From: Dictyostelium discoideum
Lineage: Eukaryota
DNA: 64,000 nucleotides
Direction of reading: 5' to 3'
Assembly (NCBI GenBank): GCA_000004695.1
Contig: CM000151.3
Location: 5,856,001 to 5,920,000 of the forward strand
Below, piece after piece: positions 26,372-42,566 of this stretch. Under the pieces are notes generated by a model. That model was not told the origin of the DNA, searched no databases, and was given only the letters and a program-made list of their open reading frames with translations. The translations under genes were made by a program, and so were the position numbers. The stretch's first letter is position 1. The number at the start of each line of letters is the position of its first letter.

Positions 26372-26617
26372 AATATTATTATTAATATTATTATTAATAT
26401 TATTATTAATATTATTATTATTATTAATATTATTATTATTAATATTATTATTTTTATTATTATTAATAATATTATTATTATTACTATTATTATTAGTAGT
26501 AGTGGTAGTAGCAGTAGCAGTAATAGAAATTTCATTAAAATGTTTAATTAGTGGTTCTATTTTATGTTCATCTGATTTTATATTTATATTCTTAAATTCT
26601 TTATTTAATTGATTCAA
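26219..26617 (-). other. N-rich open frame directly upstream of the 25476-26177 ORF; possible upstream exon or 5' region of the same gene, but it has no ATG and no canonical splice donor
   Basis: In-frame NQLNKEFKNINIKSDEHKIEPLIKHFNEISITATATTTTTN(n)...SLSIDKSQLEERPIAKRII* with a coding-like non-repeat head. The start assigned by the track is a TTG. No GT donor lies between it and the downstream ATG. Confidence 0.25.
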
Positions 26618-27759
26618 CCATTCATCTGTTTTTTTTTTTGTTTTTGTGCAATTATCAAAATGTATTTTTAATGCTTGTAAATATTTTAAATAAAGTTATA
26701 TGTTAGTATTTTATTTTAAAATCCTTAATACTAATAATATATTTATATATATATATATATATATATATTAATATGTACAATTTATATTAATGCAATTTTT
26801 GATGGTTTTAATTTTTTCAAAATTTTCCATGAAGCTTTTATGTGTTATTAAAACTATTTTATTATATCTTCTTTATATCGAATGTTAATAATTCTTGAAA
26901 TTGTTACATTGTAATTATTTTCAAAATCATTTGATATGATATATTCTTGTACATTTAATTGTATTTTTACATCATCTTTGCTTTGTGGTACCATTTTATA
27001 ACACTATACAATTATTTTTATGATTGAAAAAATTTAAATCAGAAATAATTGGAAAAAAAAAAAGTTTTTATAAAAAAAAAAAAAAAAACTTTTTATTAAA
27101 AATTAAAAAAAAATAAAAAATAAATCTAATTTTTTTGTTAAATTTATAAGAAAATTTTAAAAACAATATTAAGTTATTAAAAATTAAAAATGAAAAAAAA
27201 AAAATAATATTAATTGTAGTTTTAAAATGATACTTTTGATTTCTATTTTTTTTATTTTTAAACTATTTTTAATGTTTCAAGTTGATTATTTAAATCAAAT
27301 CAATTTTTATATTATTTAGAAATTAATTTTTTAAATGTTTTATTTATTTTTTGATTTTTTGATGCACATAATTATTTTAAAAAAACATCTCAATTCTAAA
27401 AAGTTTACTAACATATTTGAATTTTTTTTTTTAAAATAAAAAAATAAATAAAACAATCAAAAAATTATCTCTGAAAATATAAAAATTCTTTTTTAAGAAT
27501 TTCATACATTTCACATAAAATTTCAGATTCAATTGGCCTTAAATTAATTTTTTTTTTTTTTTTTTTTTTTCTTAAAAAAATTAAAATAAGATGTTGAAAA
27601 AATGTTTTAACAACTTGAATATAATTTTAAATATTTTTAAACACAATAATTTCAGTTTTTAAAACAATATTACTATTTAATATTGGATCCCATAATTATT
27701 TTATATTTTTCAATTTGTGAAGGCAAAAAAATTCATTCTAATGGTGGTTCCATGTTCTA

Positions 27760-28010
27760 AAGTTTTTGGTCAACTTCATCTGAGAAATAATACTTAATTC
27801 CATTTAGTTTGGAACCACCATTAGAATGAATTTTTTTGACTTCACTTGAAAAAAGTCCTTTAATAAGTATACCATCATACCTTGTTAATCCAACCAACTG
27901 ATCATTGGTGTTTCTACATTGTATTTATTTTTAAAATCTTTTGAATTGATTCTTTCTTGTACATTTAATTTTATTTCTACATGATCTTTGATTTTTCCTG
28001 CCATTTATAA
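27760..28010 (-). pseudogene. Degenerate, internally deleted and frameshifted copy of the 25476-26177 gene (its 5' short-ORF segment fused to the 3' gene segment)
   Basis: The B-copy reading MAGKIKDHVEIKLNVQERINSKDFKNKYNVE runs directly into TPMISWLD*, the frameshifted homolog of ..NTNDQLVGLKRYDG.. in copy A. Confidence 0.6.
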
Positions 28011-28721
28011 TACTATATAGTTTTTTTATGATTGAAAAAATTTAATCAGAAAAAATTGCAAAAAAAAAGTTTTTTAAAAATGAACAAAAAAAAAATTAAA
28101 TTTAAATCTTATTTTTTATTCTTAAGAATTTACAAAAACATTGAAAAGTTTCGTAACAACTCAACCAATTTAAAATATATTCGGTAATCAATCTCAAGTC
28201 ATTGCAAAAAAAAAAATATAATGCTTTGTATGACTAATGAATATTATTTTAATATTTAAAGATATAAAAAAAAAAAAAAAAAAATTTTAAATATTGGATT
28301 AATATTAATATTTATATGTCCTCGATTTACATTGCTTTTTTTTATTTATATCTTTAAATATTAAAAACAAAAAAAAAAAAAAAAATTAAAAAAAAAAAAA
28401 CCCCACTAACACACCCCCTTTGATATTTTCAAAATAAAACTTGAAGAAAAAAATTAAATTAAAAAATTGTTTTTAGATATTTATTCTCAACTATTCATTT
28501 ATTTTTATTTAATTTTATTTTTAATTTTTATTTTTATTATTTTTTTTTTTTTTTTTTTTTTTTTTAATTGAAATCCCTTTTGAATTAATTTTTTCTAATT
28601 TTTTTTTTTTTTTATTATTATTTTTTTTTTATTCTAATTTCATCTATCTATATATATGGTAATAAATTAAAAAAAAAAAAAAAATTATTCCAGTTTTTTT
28701 AAAGATTTTCCATCTTCAAAA

Positions 28722-29495
28722 ATGAATTATTTATTTAATATTTTTGAAGAAGAGAAACCAATTAAAAAAGCCCCCATTATAACAGAGGAATGTTATAGAA
28801 ATGGATACCATCCGAGTAAATGGGAATTAGCACAAGTATTATTGAATGGTATTTGGAAACCTTATAAATTCAAAAGTTATATGCAATATAAATCAAGAGA
28901 ACGTTTAAATTTACAAGCAGATACCCAATGTCCAGATGCAATACTATTGGATGACCAAACCAACCAAGAGGTATCATTATATGATTTATTTAATAGTAAT
29001 AATAATGAAAAATCAGTGCAAGATAGACCAATGGTATTAATTTGTGGTAGTTTCACCTGACCCCCATTCCGCGACAAGATGTGTATGTTTCAAGACATCT
29101 TTGTCGATTTTAAAGAGTGGGTTGATATTTATATTGTTTATTTGAAAGAGATACATCCAGCTGATGAATGGTATATTGGTGGTGATGAAATTAGTCTATG
29201 TTATCGTCAACCTAAAACAATGGAAGATAGAAGGGAAATAATCAAAGATTTGAAAGAGTATGCTCCATTTTGTACAATTCCATTCTTAATTGATAAAATG
29301 GATAATAATTTCAATAAAGTTTATGACGCAGTTCCAGAAAGGTTATATGTTTTAGAAGATAAAAAATTCAAATATGTTGGTGGTCCTGGCCCATTTGGTT
29401 TCATACCTGAAGAATTACGTGAATTTTTAACAAAACGTTATAAACCACATTTATTAGATCTTAAAAATAATTTATCAATACCACCATCCCAATAA
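28722..29495 (+). CDS. dio3: Iodothyronine deiodinase-like selenoprotein; the in-frame TGA at 29058-29060 encodes selenocysteine and joins track ORFs 28722..29060 and 29079..29495
   Basis: Reading through the TGA gives ..DRPMVLICGSFT-U-PPFRDKMCMFQDIFVDFKEWVDIYIVYLKEIHPADEWYI.., which aligns with the deiodinase active site (RPLVLNFGSCT-U-PPF...DFL.IYIEEAH..DGW). Further down, ..PERLYVLEDKKFKYVGGPGPFGF.PEE matches the conserved PERLY(I/V) block. Dictyostelium is known to encode a deiodinase-like selenoprotein. Confidence 0.8.
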
Positions 29496-29509
29496 GTTAA
29501 AAATTTATA

Positions 29510-29549
<40 letters not shown>

Positions 29550-29556
<7 letters not shown>

Positions 29557-29625
29557 TAATGATTGCTTTATTATATAAAATTATCTATAATTAAATTATA
29601 GAATATAATTTAGATGAAAACTCTA
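29550..29625 (+). promoter_or_regulatory. Candidate SECIS element in the deiodinase 3' UTR
   Basis: It lies about 60 nt after the stop, following a poly(A) tract. An ATGA quartet (29559-29562) ... 7-bp helix (ATTATAT/ATATAAT) ... A-rich apical region ... TAGATGA (GA at 29613-29614) is compatible with an AUGA_AA_GA SECIS. The AT-rich context makes a chance fit possible. Confidence 0.4.
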
Positions 29626-29783
29626 TTTTTTTTTTTTGATATTTTTCAACTTTTTTTTCACTTTTTTTAATAAATAAATAAAATAATTTACCCAAACAAA
29701 CTTTTTTTTTTTAAAATTTTTTTTTTTTTTATTTTTTTTTTTATTTTTTTTTTTTTTATTATTATTATTATGGTTTTTTTAAT

Positions 29784-30805
29784 TTATTTTGATTTAACAA
29801 TTTTCTTTGTAACAGTTTTAGTTGTAGTTGTTGGTGTTGGTGTAGTTTTAGTAGTTTTAATTTCAGTTTGTTTTGGTTCGAGAGCAGATTTAACGGCCTA
29901 AATAAAAAAATAAAAAAAAGTGGGAAATAAAAAAAAAGTGGGAAATATATTAATAATTAATAATTAATTTAATAAAAATAAAAAAAACATACATCTAAAT
30001 AACCAGTAAATTTATAATCAATTTCAAATTCTTTTAATTTTTCTTTTAATATAATTTCTCTATTAATACGTTCATTTAAGAGTTTAATGATAGATTCTGT
30101 TGGTAATTGATTGTATGTATCTTTTTCTTCCTTAATACGTTTTGATGCATTATGTAAAGAATCCATATGAATGTTTGTTGCGGAAAGAAGTAATTCTCTT
30201 GGACAAAATGAACTTTGATGTGGTACCCAACCATCCATAATTGAAATATCTAATTTCTTTCCAAACATAATATAACCATTCATTGCTTCTTTAGCAATCT
30301 TTGCAACTTCTGCATCAAAAAATCTAACAAAAGCACATTTTGCAAATTTACCAGATAACGTTCTATCAACTCTAACACATTTAATATCTCCAAATTGTTT
30401 AAAGAATTTATATATTTCAGTTTCATAAAAACCTTTTGGTACTTCTCTAATTAAAATTGTTGATCCTTTAACACCCTAAAATATATATAGTTTAATAATT
30501 ATTTATAATAATAATAATAATAATTAATTATTAATATACATGAAATTATTAGTATTTTTTTATTTTTTTATTTTTTATTTTTTATTTTTTCCAAATTTAG
30601 AATTATTGATATTTACTAAAACGTATTCTTTTGATTTATTTAATTGTTTTTCACCCTTTTCTTTCTTTCCAACTGGTACAACATCATGTGAATTTGAGAA
30701 ACCATCATTTAATGATTTTGGTTCAACTGTTTTTGAAACCTTTTTACTTTCAATTTCATTTGATTTAACAATTGGTTTTTGTGATGCTTTTGATTTTCCG
30801 ACCAT
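29784..30805 (-). CDS. Nucleolar RRM protein of the Nop15/NIFK family; 3 exons at c(30617..30805), c(29993..30475), c(29784..29897)
   Basis: Exon 2 reads GVKGSTILIREVPKGFYETEIYKFFKQFGDIKCVRVDRTLSGKFAKCAFVRFFDAEVAKIAKEAMNGYIMFGKKLDISIM.., which parallels NIFK/Nop15 (..YVGHLPHGFYE.EM..YFSQFGD..RLR.SRN.KTG.SKGYAFVEFES.DVAKIVAETMNNYL.GE..L.C). Exon 1 is the Lys-rich N-terminus (donor GTAAAT, phase 0). Exon 3 is a Thr/Lys-rich tail (donor GTATGT). Confidence 0.6.
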
Positions 30806-30951
30806 TTTCTATTATTAAATTTTAATTTATTTATTTATATATATATATACGTGAGAGATAAAAGATCTAAATAAAAAAAAAAAAAGAAAAGAAAAATAAA
30901 AAAAATTTTGAAAAAAAAAAAAAAAAAAAAAAAAACGAAAAAATCCCTCGG

Positions 30952-30982
<31 letters not shown>

Positions 30983-31167
30983 ATTTTATTTTTATTTTTA
31001 TTTTTATTTTTATTTTTTTTTTTTTTGAATAGATTTTTATTTTTTTTAATACAATTATTAATAATAATATTACTTATTATTATTATTAATATTGTTAATA
31101 ATAATACTAATATTGTTAATATTATTTAATTATTTTTATTTTATTGTTATTATTATAAATCAACAAT

Positions 31168-31200
<33 letters not shown>

Positions 31201-31654
31201 CTCATCACTTTTAAGAGTGGATCCAAAATATCTTTTAAAACAAACCAAAATATTAAAAAAATGGAAAAATAAAAAAAATAAAATAATAAAAAAAAAAAAA
31301 AATGAAAAACTAATGTTTGTGTGTAAGGATAATATATTAAAATCTAATCCTAAAACCAAAAAAAAAAAAAAAAAAAAAAAAAACTAATGCTTGCGTATTA
31401 AATTTTTAAATTGGAAAAAATAAAAAAAAGCTGATGAACATCCTTACCTGTTCATCATCCCATTTCATTTAATTTAATTTAATTTTAAAAAATTTATTTT
31501 TTTTTGAATTTTTTTTTTTTTTTTTTTAATTTTTTTATTTTTTATTTTTTATTTTTTTTTATTTTTTTTTTTTTTTTTTTTTTTTTCTAACACTGTATAT
31601 TGGTATGGGTGTTTTCAGAAAACACAACGAATTTATATACACCAAATAATTACA

Positions 31655-32043
31655 ATGATTTCTTTATCAAAGAATTTTTCGAAGAATGGTTATTCTATAA
31701 TCAAAAAGTATAATAAAATATCATCACCAAAAGCAATTATTGGAAATCCATCAATTTCCATAAAATCATCGTCATCATTTATTTTTAATATTAAAAATAA
31801 CAACAACAACAACATTGGTACATCAAATACACTTAATATTAAAAGATTTTATAGTGAGGCTAATAATAAAAATAATAATGTTAATCAAGATAAAAAACAA
31901 CAACAACAAAATTTTGATAATGATGATACTTATCATAATAAAGAAGAATTTACAAAACCACCAAAATATTTTTATGCTGTTGCATTATTAGCTATTGGAT
32001 GTATTGGAACTTATTTAGTAGATAATTTTATAAGTTTTAGTAT

Positions 32044-32079
<36 letters not shown>

Positions 32080-32543
32080 TACAATGACACATATTTTTTA
32101 ATTTAATTTTCTAATAATAATTTTTTTTTTTTTTTTTAAAAAAAAAAATAGGTAATGAACAAATTTTAAGAGATATTAAAACAATTTTAAAGAGTGAAGA
32201 TGCATTAGAAAGAAATAATGCATTGAAATCAATATCAACTAGAGCAGGCCAAGCATTTTGTGTTGAAAAAGTATTTAAATTAGGTGTTGTTGAAGTTTTA
32301 GTTAAAGCATTGGACGATCCAGATCCAATCGTTCAAGCAACTGCAATTAAAACTTTAAATAGATTTTCATACTTTTGTTTTGAAACATTTGGTGATGAAG
32401 CTGTAAAAAAAGGTGCTTGTGAAGCATTAACTAGAATTATGTTATCTGATGGAATGAATTGTGAAGCTGCTTCAAATTTATGGTTTCATTATTTTTTATC
32501 AAGTAAATATATATATATATATATATTTTAATTTATTAATTTA

Positions 32544-32617
<74 letters not shown>

Positions 32618-33376
32618 TCTAATATTTTATTTTTATTTATTATTTTTATTATTTTATTTTATTTTAATTTTTAATTTTTTAGAAACTAATCAAATTCAAT
32701 TATTAACATCAAATGATTTATTATATTGTTTGCAAAATTTAGCATATTCTGATAAATTTGAATTACAAAGAATATCAATTGCAACAGTAAAGATATTATT
32801 TGCAAATCGTGAACTTTATCCAATGTTAAATAAATTGAAAGGAATGATATCACATTTAAATAAGAGTCAAGATGTTTTAATTTCAAATCATGCTGAATAT
32901 TATTTAAATGTACTCAAAGGTGAATATATTCCACCAGTTGGAAATATTTCTTTACCCGATGAAGAATTAGATCGTAAATTTAAAATTCATTCATGTTATA
33001 ATTTATTATTGGCACCATTAACTTATTTATATTGTTGTTCAAGATGGAAAAAATATACAAGAGATCCAGTATGTTATTAAAAAAAAAAAAAGAAAAAAAA
33101 AGAAAAAAAAAAAAAAAATTATTATTTATATTTATATTTATATTTATTTTTTTTTATTTTTAGATTTATTTAAAAGCAAAGGGTATTTATGGTGGTACAA
33201 TGATGTTATTAGCAGCAGTTATTTCATCATTGACCCTTTTTCCAGATTATCATCCATCAAAGATTAATGCAAGATTAAAGAAAGAATTTTCATTAAATAC
33301 AAAAACAATTGAAGAATTTGAAAGATGTAAAGCAATTTCATTAGCTGAAGCTGTTACTTTAGTTGATAAAAATAAA

Positions 33377-33408
<32 letters not shown>

Positions 33409-33688
33409 TATTGATGAAACAAATGAAGAAGAAAAGAAAAAAACAGGATTATTTGGATTTGGTAAATCTCAAGAAGAAAAAGAAAAAGAAAAAGAAGAAA
33501 AAGAAAGAATTAAAAGAGAAAAACAGGGTGATGCTATTTTATTCTCACCAAATTCATTATTTGCAATTAAACAAGCTTCTCCAATTTTAACTTATTCAAT
33601 TTTATTCACTGGTTGGAAACATGCTAGATTCATGTTATTACCTGCTTTGGCTTTATTGCTTCCACAAGTTTATGATTTTTCTGTGTAA
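31655..33688 (+). CDS. Membrane-anchored protein with an ARM/HEAT-like helical repeat region; 4 exons at about 31655..32039, 32152..32502, 32683..33068, 33164..33688 (about 548 aa)
   Basis: Four same-strand track ORFs join through GTATGG/GTAAAT/GTATGT donors with consistent phases 1, 1 and 0. There is an N-terminal TM (YFYAVALLAIGCIGTYLVDNF) and a HEAT-like stretch (ALKSISTRAGQAFCVEKVFKLGVVEVLVKALDDPDPIVQATAIKTLNRF). A KE-rich linker and a C-terminal hydrophobic segment follow. The exon 1 donor is ambiguous between 32033 and 32039. Confidence 0.5.
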
Positions 33689-35052
33689 AATGGAGAAAAA
33701 AATAAATAAATAAAAAATAATTCAATCTAACCAAAAAATAAATAACAATAATAATAATTATTTCTGGTATTTCAAATAAAAAAAAAATGATTAAAAAAAG
33801 ATTAAAAAAAATAAGTAAATAAATAAATAAATAAAATTAATTTAAATCAAATTAAATAGCAAACCATTTTATTCAATACAAAAAAAAAAAAAAAAAAAAA
33901 AAAATCTAAAGAGTTATAATTCATTTCTAACAATTTAAAATTAATAATTGTCTCATATAATCTATTTTTTAAAAAAGAGTTGATATATCAAAAGTTAAAA
34001 AAGTATAAATTAATTATTTTCAATTTTTTTTTTTTTTTTTTATTATTTCGATTTAATTTGTATTTTAAATTATTATTTTTGACAACAATAAATTAGTTCT
34101 TGGTTGAAAAGTTGGTTGAATTTTAATTTGGATTATTTTAATCAATCTTTGAAAATTTTCCATTCCAAATAATTTATTTTTAAATTCCTCAACTTTTTCT
34201 AAATCTTTGTCTACTATCGATATTTTTTCTTTACTTTTTTTTTTTTTTTTTTTTTGATCAAAAATTTTATTTATAGAATTTAATTTTTTATCATTCTTTT
34301 AATTGTATTTTTATTTTGAGGAACAATGAGTTGGAATATATTTAAAAAACAAATAAAATAATCCAGATTTATTAAATTTCAAAAAAATAAATCTTTATAA
34401 AAATAAAAATAAAAAATAAAAAATGTAATAACCATTTAATTTAAATCTTTTCTTTATGCCAATCATTTATCTTTTTTTAAATAATAAATTTATTATTTTA
34501 AAAAAAAAAAAAACCAATCGAACCAAAATAATTTTTTTTTTTTTTTTATATATAAAGATTTATTTTTTTAAATAAAATTTATTCTTGAAAATAAAAAAAA
34601 AAAATTAAATAATTATTAATTTCATCATTTGGAATTAAATAACTTAATCACAAAAAAACTAAAAAAAAAATTTAGTCAACCAGGTTCCCAGAATTAATAA
34701 AAAAATAAAAAAAATAAAAAAAAAATAAAATAAAAACATTATTTTTTTTAATTTTTTTTTTTTTTAAAATTTTTTTTTTAACGATTTCTTAAACAGGCTG
34801 GCTTTTTTTTTTTTTTTTTTTTTTTTTTTTTCATACAAACTTATATTGTACAATTATTACATATTATCAAGAAATAATTATATTATTAAGTGAAATAACT
34901 ATAAAAAAAAAAAAAAAAAAAAAAAAAATAAAACTTAAATCAAAATACACCCAAATACTATACAAAAAATAAAAATAAAAAAACATACACCCACATTAAA
35001 AATAATCAATCAAACATATAAATAAATAAATAAATAAATTAAAAAATAAAAA

Positions 35053-35475
35053 ATGAATAAAATTTTGATATCATTTTTATTTTTAGTAATATTATTCAGT
35101 GTTGTACTTTCATTTCAAAGTCCAACCACAGAACCAACATGGGCAGATGATGGTACATTTTGTTTTGGTAAAACAGCACAAACATGTAGATCAAGTGGTG
35201 CATGTTGTATATGGTGCTCAAACTCAACAGCAATTCCTCCATTAGGAGAAACAGACACAGATCCAGGTGTCTGTCATTACAATGGTGATCTTGTAAATTG
35301 TCCAAACGATATTTTAGATTATTGTCCAGGTAATGGTAATGCATATAGCTCTGCCTCATGCACTTGTAATTTAAGAGCAACTTCAACTAATAATCCAGAT
35401 TCATCTGCAATTAAATCAACCAATATTTCTTTTATAACAATTTTTGTATTATCCTTATCAACCATTTTATTGTAA
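35053..35475 (+). CDS. Small secreted Cys-rich protein with an N-terminal signal peptide and a C-terminal hydrophobic GPI-anchor-like tail (ponticulin-like)
   Basis: MNKILISFLFLVILFSVVLS (signal), 12 Cys in about 100 residues, then a Ser/Thr/Asn-rich stalk and FITIFVLSLSTILL* at the C-terminus. The size and architecture match the Dictyostelium ponticulin-like family. Confidence 0.5.
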   Translation: MNKILISFLFLVILFSVVLSFQSPTTEPTWADDGTFCFGKTAQTCRSSGACCIWCSNSTAIPPLGETDTDPGVCHYNGDLVNCPNDILDYCPGNGNAYSSASCTCNLRATSTNNPDSSAIKSTNISFITIFVLSLSTILL

Positions 35476-36232
35476 GTTTATTTAAAAAAAAAAAAAAAAA
35501 AAAAAATTCATCATTATTCTAACCAAATTCTTTTTATTTATTTACTTTTTAAAAAAAATAGTATAACTTTATTTAATTAAATTTTAAAAATATAATAAAA
35601 AACTATATAAATATTTTTAAAAATTAAATAAAAAATAAACAAACCAAATTCTTTTATTTATTCACAAAAAAAAAAAAAAAAAAAAAAATAATTTTGAAGT
35701 GTTTAACGTGTGGGATATGACAGATAATATGTAAATATGAAAAAAAGTGAAAATAAATCAATTAATATTAAAATTTTAAGGTGTACCCAAGCAAATGGAG
35801 TTTTACCTGGGTTATTCTGTTATTATTTTTATTCAACTTTTTTGACGGGGTCTTTTGCCTCCAAAAATATTATTTACTTTTATGTCCCATATTTTTTTTT
35901 TGAGCATTATTTAAAGGTAAAGTGATTTTAAAGTTGAATCCATTTTATTTTATAAAAAACCAACATTTAACAAAGATCAAAATTAAACTTTTATAATGAA
36001 AAATGGATGTGTGAGAAAATGAGTTTTTGGATTTCAGAGACATTGGAACTAATAATCTCACTATGAACAATTCTTTAAGAAACAAAATTTTGAAACTAAA
36101 AGACACCAGAGGTGACCATTTATATCACCCCATTCAATATTCAACAACCTAAAAAGTGTCAATGTCAACCAAATTGAAAGAGTCAACAAATTAAAAAAAA
36201 AAAAAAAAAAAAATATATATATTTTAATTGGT

Positions 36233-36400
<168 letters not shown>

Positions 36401-36490
36401 TTTAAACCCTTAAAAAAAAATAATAATAAAGGGGTGTGATTATATTTATTTTGCTAATAACACTATATGATATTATTAGTTTATATTTTA

Positions 36491-40938
<4,448 letters not shown>

Positions 40939-41823
40939 ATTTGATTTGTAAAGTTTGGCCAAAAAAAAAAAAAAAATTTAGTGTGGTATGATTTTTTTTT
41001 TTTTTTTTTTTTCAAAAATGAAAACGAATTCTTTTTTTTTTTTTTTTTTTTTCTTTGAAAGAAATAAATAGTTTGAAGATTTAAGTGTTAATAAAAAATA
41101 CTCTATTTTTTTTTTTTGTTATGTTTTTTTTTTTTTTTTTTTTTTTTTTTATTATTATTATTCTTTTTGTTTTGACTCCTTCCTATTTTATTTATTTGAT
41201 TGACAAAGTTGAAAGTGATTTTTAAAAAAAATGATCAATTAAAAGATATTATTTATTTATTTATTTTTTTTTATCTTTAATCACTTTATTTATTTTAAAA
41301 GTTGGTATAAATTTTTGAGAAAGAGATAAACACGAACTTTAGAAAATAAATACGAACTTTAGAAAAAAAAAATTTTTACGAAGTAATGAATAGTAAAAAA
41401 AAAATTTTATAAAAAAAAAAATAAAAAAAAAAAAAATAAAAAAAAAAACTTTTTTTTTTTTTTAATTTTTTTTTTTATTTTAATTTTATTTTTATTTTTT
41501 TATTTTTTTATTACCACCAACACCACAATCAAAAATATTATTTTTTTGTAACCATTTTTTTTTTTTTTTTGATTGCTTATTAATTTTTTAAAAAAAAAAA
41601 CAGAACAAGAAATAAAAAAATAAAAAAATAAAAAATAAAAAATGTGACAATCACCAATAAAACCATTTCCAGTTTAATATTTTTTGGGTTTCTTTTTATT
41701 TTTTATTTTTAATTGGAATCAATTAGTAATTCTATTATTCCACTTTTTTTTTTTGAATCAATAATAATAAAAAAATAGAAATAGAAAAAAAAAAAAAAAA
41801 AAAAAAAATATAGAAATAATTTG

Positions 41824-41856
<33 letters not shown>

Positions 41857-42527
41857 ATTTGGTAATATGGTTTTCATACCCAAAAAAATATCTTTTTTAA
41901 TTAATTTAAAAAATTATAGGGCAATATATTTATCTTTATTTTAATTAAATCCCAAAAAAAAAAAAAAAAAAAAAAAAAATTTCCCAAAAAAGTACCAAAA
42001 AAAAAAAACCCAATTTTTTGGGTTATTGTGGGTTGATTGACTAAATTTTTTTTTTTTTTTCAAAATGATCAACTGTCTGTTTGGCAATTATTGGTGAGGG
42101 GTGGCTTTTTTAATTTATTATTATTTTTATTATTAAATTAACACTCATTTGTCAGTAATTTCAAAGAAAATGTTTTTTTAAAAAATTTTTAAAAAAATAA
42201 AAATTTAAAAAATAATAAAAAAAAAATAAAAAAAAAATAAAAAAAAAAAAAAAATTATAAAAAAAAAAAAAAAAAAAAATCATGAAAATTGAGAAAAAAA
42301 TTTTATTTTATTTTATTTTTTCATTTTTAACACACAACATCGTAAATTTATATACATAAAGAAAAATAAATATATTATATTTAAAACTAGAAACCTTAAC
42401 AAATTCATATCAATAAAAAAAATAAAAAAAACCGTAACTATTTATTTATTTTTTTTAAATTGGGTTGTTTGTTGACAACATAAAAAATAAATAAAATTGT
42501 GTATAATTTCGCTTTTCTCGTTTTGTG

Positions 42528-42566
<39 letters not shown>

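Larger units (their letters stand above)
25130..28080. repeat. Tandem segmental duplication: unit A (about 25130-27060) and internally deleted unit B (about 27420-28075)
   Basis: A 25270-25470 matches B 27475-27680 (3' flank). A 25540-25700 matches B 27760-27925 (gene 3' part). A 26880-27060 matches B 27905-28075 (5' region, including a short ORF MVPQSKDDVKIQLNVQEY.. versus MAGKIKDHVEIKLNVQER..). B lacks the equivalent of A 25700-26880. Confidence 0.8.
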
